Assembly: GCF_006345805.1 (NCBI RefSeq)
Contig: NC_043026.1
Coordinates: 7,440,001 to 7,504,000 of the forward strand
Length of the DNA stretch: 64,000 bases
From: Octopus sinensis
Lineage: Eukaryota
Direction: 5' to 3'
In this document: positions 24,783 to 37,900 of the stretch, piece after piece
How the letters are laid out: each line of letters begins with the position of its first letter
How positions within the stretch are numbered: the first letter of the stretch is position 1
Program-made: the position numbers and the translations under genes
Notes under the pieces: generated by a model
What the model saw: the letters and a program-made list of their open reading frames with translations, nothing else
What the model was told of the DNA's origin: nothing
Databases searched by the model: none

Positions 24783-27700
24783 GTTGAGTAAAAACATTTC
24801 ATTTATTTATTTAATTAAACGGGCGATCTTTCGCCTCTAGTAGACCTTTCCGTCGATTTCCGTAAAAAACATTTTCTTTTTACATATGGGCTTGCGGGAA
24901 CTTTTGAAGTAATGAGAGCGAAAGAGACTAAGAGAAAGCGATTGTATGACGAGGGAAGTTCTTTTCAAGTTACCGTGCATGGAAGCATTGATGTACATGT
25001 GTGTGTGTGTGTGTGATCTTCAAAAGTTCCCGCAAGCCCATATGTAAAAAAAGAAATGTTTTTTACGGAAATCGACGGAAAGGTCTACTAGAGACGAAAG
25101 ATTGCCATTAAACGATTGTTTTCCCTCTTTTCTGTAAATAATAATTGTGTCTGTTTTGTTTTCCTTTGTTTTTCCTAATCCACCCGTATCACTGCCTTAA
25201 ATAATAATAATAATAATGATAATGTAACATTTATAATTGAAATTTAAAAAAAAACGTTTTTGCTTTGTTGTTTTCCAGGTCCTTCTTGTGAAAATCTGAT
25301 TGATTCCAGTCCGTTTGTGCACTGTGTGTTGCCTGAGTTCATCACAGAGGATCATTGCTTGGACAGATTACAGGGAGAACTACAGGAAGTCACTTTCAAT
25401 GAGAAAAACAATGACTTATACAACTTCCACCAGGTAAAAAGGGCTACGGGCTCGACCGCCACCCTATGGCTCTTTTCACTGCTCTGTCTTGTACTTTTTT
25501 GGGGGTTCTTTCATTTAATTTCTGGGTGTTAGAGTGAGAGGCAGTGTTGACGGTATTCACAGGCCCTCCAAGACAACTGGAGTCTGAACACCTTGCTAGC
25601 CAGCCCCGTGTCAAACTGTCCAACCCATACCAGCATCGAGAGTGGACGTTAACCCTTTCGTGTCTCTTTCAATTAATTTTAAATCTAACAAAGAATTTAG
25701 TAAAATAACTTCGTTATCATTAAGCTAGTGTTAGGAACATAAATTGTGACTAACGTTTGGTGGAGGATTTTAACTGAGAACTTATGAAAACAAGATATTT
25801 GTACTCAGAGCCAGAGGTGGTTTTAGCCAGGTTCGAATCAAGAGGGTTAAATACACTTCTACATTTGGGCAGATGTACATTAGGAGCAGTTGGAAGGGTG
25901 TGGATTGAAGGAAATTTAGGCTATTATTTCTAGCATATAGAGTGACCACATTGAGGTCTCCTTCTCTCATGTCTTCTGCTGATTATTTTTCTTCTTAACC
26001 CTTTTGTTACCCTATTTCTGTTGAGATGCTCTGTGTTTCTTTTAATTAATTTTAAATATAACAAAGAATTTAGTAAATTAACTTCGTTATCATTAAGCTA
26101 GTGTTAGGAACATAAATTGTGACTAAGGAGAAACTGGAATTGGTTGTTAATGTTCTCAGTGCCCCACCAACAACTGGGATGATATTCACTTCCTTCATTG
26201 CCCCCATTCATCTAATCTTGTCTTTTACGGGTTTCTTGTACTTCTCAATCTTTCCCAGTTCTTTGTCATCGACTCCTACATTCCCCAGGTTGGCAATATC
26301 TCTGGTCTTGGTTTCTTTCTTCCTTTTATCAACCTCAACAATGCTTACTTTCCTCCAATCATCAATCACTGAACCACACGGAATTGCATAAGATCTAATC
26401 CCCATATTATTCTCAGGGACCCCTTCTGGTTTATGCTTGCACCATTCCAATGTCTTTTCAAGACCATGCTTCTCATACAATCTCCAAGGAACATACCTGG
26501 CCATGTTATCGTGCCTCCTTTTGTATTCTTTCTGAGCCAGTCTGCTACACCTGCTCACAATAGGTGAGATTGTTTTTTGTTTTGTTTTTCAAGCATTTGG
26601 CCCCACGGAGGCAATGACTGAGACCTTTTGGTATTATGTCTTGCTTGAGAAGAAGACCCATGAAGCCAAGTAAAACCACAGTTGTGGCACATACCGGTGT
26701 CTTCTTGCAAATAGCACCTTTGCCGTTGGCACATAAAAGCACCCATTACACTTTCAGAGTGGTTGGCATTATGAAGGGCATCCAGCTGTAGAAACCGTGC
26801 CAAATCAGACTGGGGTCTGGTGCAGCCTTTCAGCTTGCCAGCCCTGGTCAAACCGTCCAACCCATGCCAGCATGGACAACGGATGATGATGATGATGATG
26901 ACATCCTACAAAGGGGTGATTCACTGCTCTTACCTGTTTGGCACCTGGTGTCATTAGTTCTGAGAGCTTGTTCCTGGATGCTGCATGTCAATGCCTCAGT
27001 GCATCCTTTCAGATCACTTAGCCACCTCCAGGTGTTGCTCTTGTCTTTCCCTTTGATTTCCCTGAAGTATTGCCCCAGCATCCCTTTCACTTTCCACTTG
27101 TTTCATCATTAATCTCCATCTTGTTTCTGAAATTCTCTTGGATGTGTCACATTTTCACAAGGTATCATCATCATCATCATCATTTAATGTGCATCTTCCA
27201 TGCATGCATGGGTAAGACGGATGACAGGAGCTGGCCAGGTAGAAGACTACCCCAGTCTACTGTGTCTGTTTTCACAGTTTTTTTTACGGCTGGATGCCCT
27301 TCCTAACATCAACCACTCTGCAAAGTGGACTCAATGCTTTTAACGTGGCACCAGTGCAGGTGAGGTCAGTTTTGGCATGATTTTTACAGCTGGATGCCCT
27401 TCCAAATGCCAACCACGTCACAGCATGGGCTGGATGCTTTTCTCATGTTGCTTTTCTAACATTGACAAACAGAGGTTCAATCATCATTTGCTTGACTTGT
27501 TAGGTCGTTGCCAGTGCCGCCTGACTGGCTCCTGTACAGGTAGCACGAAAAAGCACCATTTGAGCATGGTTGATGCCAGTACCACCTGACTGGCCCTCAT
27601 GCCGGTGACACATAAAAAGCACCCACTACACTCTCAGAGTGGTTGGCGTTAGGAAGGGCATCCAGCTGTAGAAACTTTGCCAGATCAGAATGGAGCCAGG

Positions 27701-27883
27701 TGCAGCCTCCTGGCTCACCAGTCCTCAGTCAAACTGTCCAACCCATGCCAGCATGAGAGGCGGATGTTAAACGACGATGATAATGATCATCTTCATCATT
27801 GCAGACTGTTTTCCTCATTGTCAACACACTCTCACATCATGAGCCTTCTTTCTTACTTCCTTATCATTATCATAATTATTATA

Positions 27884-27918
<35 letters not shown>

Positions 27919-29199
27919 CATCCTATTTCTTCCTACCAGAGTTATGACCTGGCACAGCATACCAGCCCACAAATCACTGCTTTCAGGTGAGTTGCAGACA
28001 TTTTTTTTTAGAAACTTGACATCCTTTTGTCCATTCCCTCTGTCTTCAGTCTTCTGTCTTCAATCTTTGGTAGTCTATCTCCAGTCTTCTATCTTCAGTC
28101 TTCAGTCTTCAATCTTTTGTTAGTCTTCTATAATCTACTTTCACTCTTCAGTCTTCAATCTTTTGTCTTCTGTCGTCTGTCTCCTATTGCCTGTCTTCAC
28201 TCTTTAATCTTCTGTCAAATGTGTCTTCTATTTCTCAGGAAGTTATTTTACACAGATGTCTTAGAATGGATGAAGAAAGTGACCAACATAGAATTAACCA
28301 GTGTTGTGGATCTTTTCTGTTCCATCTACGAATACACAGGTAACAAGTTCAAACATCACTTGTCACAATTTCATTAAATTCAATTAAATAATTAACTTGT
28401 TGGCTCCCACACATCTTACTGGTGGGTCATGGTGGTATGCTAGTGAGTCCTGCATTTTTTATTTATTAACATGGGTAGCTGGTGCGGTTGAGTTTTTTGT
28501 TTCTTGATTAATAAATGAATTTGTGTGACCCCTATATCTAGTCTTACTATCAGTTGTACTTCCTCTGTATATCTTCTTTGATTCATTACGGGTTGAAACT
28601 GCGACTTTATATATGACATTTCTCCTTAGACAGGATTGCCTTAAGGGACATAAACATCAGTTGCGGCAATTACATGTTTTATTTCCATGCTTCGTCTTTA
28701 TATTTTTAATATCAGAATTCTTATTATAGAAATATTAATATTTCTGTTGTGTCTGGGGAAAGTCATTGGTGGTCAGTGGTGGTGGTGGTGGTGCTGTTTG
28801 TCTGTCTGTCCAAGACAGGGTTGTCCTCTAACTCCCTGCCTGTTTGGCACAGAAATGTCCTCTGTCTACCCATTGCCGCTGCCTTCATAAACTCTTTGCT
28901 GTTTTACACAAGCCTATGACACTCGTATTCCTCTCTGTTGCCCTTGCAGATGTCTTGCTGTGCCATGACGATGAACTGGAAGGACGACGGATTGCCTTCA
29001 TCCTCTACCTCGTGCCTCCCTGGGGCCCCAGTGATGGTGGCACATTGGACTTGTTCACAACAAATGGTAAGTCAGCTCTCATTTGATCTCACAGTCAACA
29101 TGTTACTGGTGTTGTTGTTCAGCTCCAGGTCAGACCCGATCCAGAAGACGTATTGATCAATGATGTTTCGGCTTTAATGTATATGTATGTATAGGGGTG

Positions 29200-29230
<31 letters not shown>

Positions 29231-30525
29231 AGGAGTGTATATGTATGTATAGGAGTATATATGTATGTATAGGAGGGTATATATATGTATAGGAGTGTAT
29301 ATATGTGTATAGGGGTGTATATATATATATATTTATATGTATAGGAGTGTATATGTATGTATAGGAGTGTATATGTATGTATAGGAGTGTATATGTATGT
29401 ATAGGAGTGTATATGTATGTATAGGGGTGTATATTTATGTATAGGAGTATATATATGTATGTATAGGAGTGTATATGTATAGGAGTGTATATGTATGTAT
29501 AGGGGTGTATATATATGTATGTATAGGAGTGTATATATGTATGTGTGTGTTTGTGTTTCTTAGTCTTGACATTTGCATGATAACTGCAAACAAAGGCCAA
29601 AATCACCATTTATGCAAAAACAGGGGCATCCATTAGGGATCAGACATGCAAAACATGAACAGTTCATGTTTTGCCTGGCTCATAAGGGCCAGTTTCCCGG
29701 TTTCTTTGGCGTATAGGTTTCCCACCTGGACAGGATGCCAGTCCGTCGCAGGTGAGCTGCAAGATGCAGGAGGAAAGAGTGAAAGTTGTGGTGAAAGAGT
29801 CAGCAGAAGTTCGCCATTACCTTCTTCTGGAGCCGCATGGAGCTTAGGTGTTTCACTCATAAACACACACATCGCCCAGTCTGAGATTCGAACCCGCAAT
29901 CCCTCTACCGCGAGTCTGCTACTCTAACCACTAGGCCATGTGCCTCCACAGAGAAAATATTGCTTTGTTTAGACACAAGTGAGGGTTGGTGGAAGGGAGA
30001 GCATCCGAGTAGAGAAGATATTTTGCCTCAGCAAGTTTCATATGACTCATGCAAGCATGGAAACCTGGACATGAAAATGGTGATGATGATGATGACAACA
30101 ACGATGAACCCAGGGTGTATTAGAGACCCTAAAATTAATCTAAACTAGTTAAACTATGAAAAGGTGAAAGTTAAATCAACTTTGGCAGAATTTGAACTCA
30201 GAACCTGAAGACTGACAAACTGCTGCTAAGCGTTTTGTCTGGTGTCTTAATGGTTCTGCCAGCTGACCACCTTCACACTTTGGCATTTAAACTGGCCAAA
30301 ATATTCCATGTTTTATGTTCAAACTGGCCGGATCTGGCCTCTCACACCAACCTTACAATACCATTCCAGGAGTGGCTGTGTGGTAAGTAGCTTGCTTACC
30401 AACCACATGGTTCCGGGTTCAGTCCCACTGCGTGGCACCCTGGGCAAGTGTCTTCTACTATAGCCTCAGGCTGACCAAAGCCTTGTGAGTGGATTTGGTA
30501 GACGGAAACTGAAAGAAGCCCGTCG

Positions 30526-30605
<80 letters not shown>

Positions 30606-33600
30606 CTATGTTTGTCCCCCTAGCATTGCTTGACAACCGATGCTGATGTGTTTACGTCCCCGTCACTTAGCGGTTCGGCAAAAGAGACCGATAGAATAAG
30701 TACTGGGCTTACAAAAGAATAAGTTCCGGGGTCGAGTTGCTCGACTAAAGGCGTTGCTCCAGCATGGCCGCAGTCAAATGACTGAAACAAGTAAAAGAGT
30801 AAAAAGAGAGTTACAAGATAAAGCAGATTAATTAAAAACAGTGAGATTAAATAAGTATTATGTTTGACACAATAATCCTTTCTATTATAAGGCGCAAGGC
30901 CTGAAATTTGGGGGAGGGGGATAGTTGATTACATTGACCCCAGCGTGTAACTGGTACTTAATTCCCCCCCCCCCCCCGAAAGGACGAAAGGCTAAGTTGG
31001 CCTTGGCAGAATTTGAACTCACAACGCAGCAATGAGCAAAATACCTATTTCTTTTACTACCCACAAGAGGCTAAACACAGAGAGGACAAACAAGGACAGA
31101 CAAACGGATTAAGTTGATTACATCGACCCCAGTGTGTAACTACTACTTAATTTAATCGACCTCAAAAGGATGAAAGGCAAAGTCGACCTCGGCGGAATTT
31201 GAACTCAGAACGTAACGGCAGACGAAATATCGATCAGAATTTCGCCCGGCGTGCTAATGTTTCTGCCAGCTCGCCGTCTTAATTTGACAGAATAATATGA
31301 ATGTTGAAGCGTTAATGATGTCATCATCATCATCATCATCATCATGGATGTGTGAAATGTTAATTAATTGTGAACTTGTCATGTTTTCTTTGTGTATTTT
31401 CAGAGGTTAATCAACCGACCAAAGTCGTCAAGTCGGTCATCCCTGCCTGGAACCAGTTTACCTTTTTTGAAGTGTCTCCACAGTCTTTCCACCAGGTTAT
31501 GACTTCCACAGTTTCTTTTTAATACGTTTTTACCTTTTCTTGTTGCTTTCAATAAAAAACCCAAAATTCATTCCCCCTTCACCTCCTTGGTTCTTGTGAC
31601 CCTTTTGTCTTTAAGTCTCTCCCTAACTGACCAGATATTTACCATTCTTTTAGCATTAGGGGTCTTCTGCAGTTCCTGTCCTGCAGATATTCTCTTCCTG
31701 CTTTTACTCTTTTACTCTTTTACTTGTTTCAGTCATTTGACTGCGGCCATGCTGGAGCACCACCTTTAGTCGAGCAAATCGACCCCGGGACTTATTCTTT
31801 GTAAGCCCAGTACTTATTCTATCAGTCTCTTTTGCCGAACCGCTAAGTGACGGGGACGTAAACACACCAGCATCGGTTGTCAAGCAATGCTAGGAGGACA
31901 AACACAGACACACAGATACACACACATATACATATATACGACAGGCTTCTTTCAGTTTCCGTCTACCAAATCCACTCACAAGGCATTGGTCGGCCCGGGG
32001 CTATAGCAGAAGACACTTGCCCAAGATGCCACGCAGTGGGACTGAACCCAGAACCATGTGGTTGGTTAGCAAACTACTTACCACACAGCCACTCCTGCAC
32101 TTTTGTGAATAAAATTTCTTTATTGTCTTTATTAACTTTTCAAAAGCTAAACTTTCAAAGAATTCTTGGTTCCTTAGCATTTTTAACTGTAAACTCCACC
32201 AGCTCAGCATCAAATATCCCATTTGTTTCATAAGCTCATCTAGAGGGCAGCAGGCTGCCCCTGGGTGCTCCTCCTCGATGCTGATGACCTTGCTCTTATA
32301 GCTGAATCAATACCAGAACTAGAGAAGAAGTTCCAGGTGTAGAAGAAAGGTCTAGATTATTTTGTTACGGTTATTTCTCCAGATGTTCTTTAGAATTTAT
32401 AGCCATGTAGTAAAGATTGTTTGCCAACATAACATGGCAGTCCTGGTTTAGGATGAATGTTACTGTAATTTAGCCCCAGGAAACATTGTCTCCAGCTGGC
32501 TATACAACACGATCTGTGTCCTTATATTCTTCAATAAAGGAATCTAGCACCCCAAATCAGATCAAAACAATATCTGTGTATCTGATTTCTGGGTTATTTC
32601 CCTTCATCAGCACAGAATAATTGTTCGGCTAGAGGTGGCGCTGCTAAGTTCCCATTCGAAATATATTCAAAGTGACAACCAGTCACTGATTTATAAATTA
32701 GAAAATTACTATTTTTAAATCTCATAACGAGAGATTTTCAGCATGGAAAACAGACGTTAAACGATGATGAAGATAACGTATTATATATTGTCCAATTTTC
32801 AGGTGTCTGAAGTTCTGTCGAAAGAAAAGACTCGCCTTTCAGTGTCTGGATGGTTCCATGGACCCAGCCTGCCCCGGAACCCTGAAGTTGGACAGTCCAG
32901 TAAGCTCCCCTTGTGTCCATCTCTTGAGTCAGAGGTAAGGCTGCTTCATTGCTTTCTGCTCCCTCCTTCACTGAGGCCCTTTATCCAACCCTACAAAGTC
33001 CCCGTGGACACATGGCTACCCCAGCAGATCTGGGATCTGTGTGCTGTTGAGATGACAAGCGCTGCTGTTTAGCCCCAGGTCAGCCCTGATCCAGTATGTT
33101 AAAAAATGTTCAAACCATATCAGGACAACTACCCCCTTTGGTTAATTACCCCCTCTCCAATATATTAAGAAGTTTTAAATTATCATCTGTTGTCCTGGGG
33201 GGTTGGGGTTAATGTTGTAGACTCCTTCAAACGGTGATAATCCCATCTTTTGTTCAGACATGGTCTATCTAGGATTATATTATCTAATGTGTCCTTCCTT
33301 GCCCTTCCTTTTTGTTTAGTCTCAGTTCATCTCTGATCCAAGCAGATTTATGATCAAAGATCTTCCAGCCATGACCATCACATCTTTTATTCAGACATAG
33401 TGTATCTAAAACTATTAACTAATGTGTTCTTCAATTTTGAAGACAGTAGTGTGACTTGAGGGAGATTTGGCTGCTAATTCTAGCAGTGTAATAGGCCAGT
33501 CAAACAGCATGGTACGATCCCTTCAGCTTTGGAAGAGAGGCATGTACACCACCACTGCAGTAAACTGTTTTGTAAGGCTATTGTGTGTATGTGTAATTGG

Positions 33601-34957
33601 GGCACACATATATGCTAATATGATGTGTATACATATATATCCAGGGTGTGGGAAATAAACTGTTGTCTAAATTAAGCAAAAATGAAAATAACACAGACAT
33701 CTCATTTTAACAGATATATTTACCAAAATTATATAAAAATACCTTGAAATACTAAAGAGTAAATTGATTCAATAAAATCCCCTTTTGGCTTCAACCATGG
33801 CCTCCAGACGACTTTGGAATCTCCTGCAACTCTCTGGACGGTCTCCTTGTTTAAGTTGGTCAATGCTGTCATAATCCTTACCTTTAGTTCATCTTTGGTC
33901 TTACAAGGAGTTTTGTTGGTCTCTCGTTCAACTGCACCCCACACATAATAATCAAAGGGCTTGCAAGGTTGGGGAGTTTGGTGACCAGATGTGGTCGCAG
34001 GAATTGTCTGAAAGCCATGACTGGGTTCTTCTGCTTGTGTGGCAAGGTGAAGAGTCCTGTTGCCAGACACAGAGTCTTCCAGCAACCACTCTCTTTACCC
34101 AGGGCATCATCATCATCATCATCATTGTCATCTTTATCATCTTTAACATTCATCGCAGTACCAGAGGGTGCACACTTTCCTACCCTGATGTAATCTCCAG
34201 GGATACAGGACCTCCATAATGCCATGGTGGACCATGAAGTCTGGCGTAGCATGGTAAATTCCATTGTCTCGACCACAGTCGAACAATGATGATGATGAAG
34301 GAGGTCAGATGCTTTTGACAGGCTCCAAGGAGCTGGGAGACCCTCAGTACTACTGGCCCCATCAAGGGGGCTGTATCTTGTCTTGTGAGTTACTTGATGA
34401 CCTCACTGGGGCCTGTGTCATGTAAAAAGAACCCAGTCAACTCTGTTTAGCATTAGGAAGGGCATTCAGCCATAGAAAGCTTGCTAAAGGAGAAGGCAGT
34501 GGAGCTTTGGCTCATCTTCTGACTTGCAAGCTCTTGTCCAACTGGTCACCCCCACCATTATTGCCATCCCTGCCACAGCCACTCGTACCCTGCATTTCCT
34601 TTCGCATCGCATGACCTATATCCTGAGTATCAGCTGTTACTCATGAATATATTTTACCTCTCCAAGACAGATCTGTTGTTTGAGTGGGTGAACCCTTCCT
34701 ACCTTGATCTCGAAGTCCAGTCGGAAATTAGAGAGAAATTTGAACTCGAGTCTGAAATACAGCTCCAGGATTTCCTTAAGGTTGGTACATTTGTATTCCT
34801 TCACTTTCAATGTTTGTATGTGTTGAACGATGTAAACTGTTTGAATTTTATGACACTGCATCCTTTAAGGCCCTCATGCTTTCCGAAATCCGCCGAAACT
34901 ACACCTGACTATATATACACTTTAGATGAGTTGTAGTGCACCTGAGCACTGTACACA

Positions 34958-34990
<33 letters not shown>

Positions 34991-37900
34991 TAATTAATCT
35001 ATAATAATAAAAACATGAAATTCTGTCCGTCCGGGATCCCTGTATCTCAGTCTACTTTTGTTCTACATAGACATTTTATACCTTTTTGGAATCAGGATTA
35101 TCCCAGGATTGAATATCTGCCCTTCATTTGGTTCTTGAATATCTAGCATTGGGATCTGATTTAAAAGTATTTTGGTTGCTATTTCTAGCAGGTAAAGCTT
35201 GGTTGATGACGAACCTCTCCCCCATTCTTTCTTTGTGTCTGTTTCCATTGCTGTTTCATTTTCTTTTCCTCTCGTCCGATCTTTCAGCCAGAGAAATATT
35301 CAGCAGTGAATGACGCCTTCTTACAGAGCCAGATTGAGTGGGTCCATCGAGGCCCTGCCAACCAAAGGTATTTCCTTTACATGGTCACTATCACCTTACC
35401 CTCTTCCTCTTCACACTCCTTCTCTTCCGATATCTGTAAAACACGTAGGATTGTCGACTGGAAGAATTCTTTGAACACCAAACAAGATACCTTGTGGTAT
35501 TGCTTTTGGCAATTTTATGTTATGAGTTCAAATCTTTGCCTTTTATTCTTTCGGGGTCGATAAAATAAGTACCAGTTACGCACTGGTGTTGATGTAATCG
35601 ACTTAGCCTCTTCCTGCAAATTTCAGGCCTTGTGCCTTTAGTAGAAAAGATTACCATTATTATTATTATTATTATTGAGTGAGAGAGCAGTGCATTCCAT
35701 CAAAGTGACACTGGGGTACAAATATACGAAGCCCAATGTACCCATCACGACTACCTGTCCGATAAGGGTACACTAGGCACATGCATCACAACCATATGTG
35801 CGCGACATGGTGATCTCATATCAAGATAAACAGCACATGACCTTGCAGGTGGGGCCCAGTTAGAATTTTCTTCAGGTTGAGTAGCCCATCCCGCTCAAAA
35901 GGTCCCTGAATAAGGGTTGTTTAAGGATGTTGAGCAAAACACCCATGTTTTCAGAGGTGAATTATTCAAACCCCAAAGAATCCCTCTCAACACATGGCTA
36001 TGATGCTCCCCCACTACTTCTGCTCGTGATTAGAGATGCACATATCGTCAGCCACCAAGGGACATAATCAACTGGTTAAGGTCAAACAACTGACAAGCAA
36101 ATCTGTGGTATTGAGCAGAATATTTGCTGTAGGCCATCTTTTATACCAGGACGATATTATTATTATTATTTGTTGGTAGGTGGGTGAATGTGGCAAAGGT
36201 GGTCCGTGTCAAGGGGCCTGCTTTCAGCATGTGCTTTTGAGTTTCCAAGGCTGAGAGAGAGAGAGGGCTCTTGCCTTAGTGTTCGGGGCACTTGTAGACT
36301 TTTCTTGGGGTCTCCATGAGCAGCCCTGAGTTGCTTGCCTCCTTTAGTCATGTTCTTTGTTATTGACTTTTTGCAAGGCACTATGTTCAGAGTTCAAATT
36401 TCGCTTGGGACGACTTTGCCTTTCATCCTTTCTGGGTCGATTAAATAAGTACCAGTTACGCACTGGGGGTCGATGTAATCGACTTAATCGCTTCTCCCAA
36501 ATTTGAGACCTTGTGTTTCCAGTAGAAAGGATTATTATTCAGCTCTGTGTGCCTTGGGTAGGTGCTGTGGATGGATGGATGGATGGATGGAAAAGGAAGT
36601 TGTCTCCCTTTACCTGATAATCGTTACTTCTCTTTGGCAATTTCATGCGTCTTTCCTCTGCCCCCTTTGCTCTTCCTGTTGGTCTCCTCTACCCGTTTGT
36701 CTTGTTATGGGCTTTAGTTTCTTGCTATGTTAGTATTCTGTTGGGCGTGTGGTGTATGTTATGTAGTAGTAGTAGTGGACGTTAAAACCAGGGCTGTGGA
36801 GTCGGAACAAATAACTGATTCCAGCTCTGACTCCTCTACTATTGGCACCCCTGACTCCGACTCTGACTCCTCTTTATGTAATCAAGTGATTGTGCTCTAC
36901 ATACCACATAAAGCATACGCTTGTACTTTGAGTCGGCCTGTATTTCATAACTGGTTTAGATTAAAGAATAAAGATATTGCGAGTCAGAGTCAGTATAGTT
37001 TTACTGACTCTGACTCCAGCTATGCTTTAATTATTTCCGACTCTGACTCCACAGCCCTGCTTGATGTACCCCATCTAACCCATGGAAAAGTGAAGATTAA
37101 AATAATGAGGATGATGTTGTTGTTGTCGTTGCAGGAACTACTCTGTGGCTGCTAACCCTGGAACATTCCCCAAGATTATCGCCGACTGTCTCCGGCTGCT
37201 TCAGTCGGAAATTATGTTTCTCTTCCTCTCGAACCTAACTGGTCTGAAGCTCCACAAGGACGCTCCGGTCAGTGATGACGATGACGAGGACAACGTCAGC
37301 GATGACACTGACAGTCATCAGAGCCCTGAAGGCAGAAATGATAAAAACAACAACAACACAAATGTCCGGATCGACCCCCAGAACAGCAGAGTCTCCGCTG
37401 AGAACAGGAAAAACCTCGGAAAGTCCCAGAAAGATGGCTGTTCCAGTCGGAGCAGTGCAGAAGCCGTCTCAGTTGGCCCCAATGATGGCCCCACCACCAC
37501 CACCACCACCACCCCTTCATCGACCTCCTCCTCCTCCGAACCAGCTGGACAGCAGTCAACTAAGGTGACCAATACAGAGACCAGTAAGTGTAGTCTTCCA
37601 GCGGTCACAAGTGGCGATAGCGAAACGGTCAAAGCTCGGCCGGAGAAAGGTAAGTTGTGTTATTGTTGCTCTGGCCCCTTAGGTAACCCCTTCTAACGTC
37701 TGTCATCTTTGGTCACCTTCTCTCTCACTCTCCCTATAAACTCTTTTACTTGCTTCGTGTCGTATGCTAGTCCCAGCCAAAAAGCATTGAGGGCTTCAGG
37801 CTCCACCATTAGCCTCAAGGATGTACGAAAAATCGAAAGTTTTAATGCTTTATTACAAGTCAAGATAATAACCAATGTACTACAGTCTTGGAGTGGTTGG

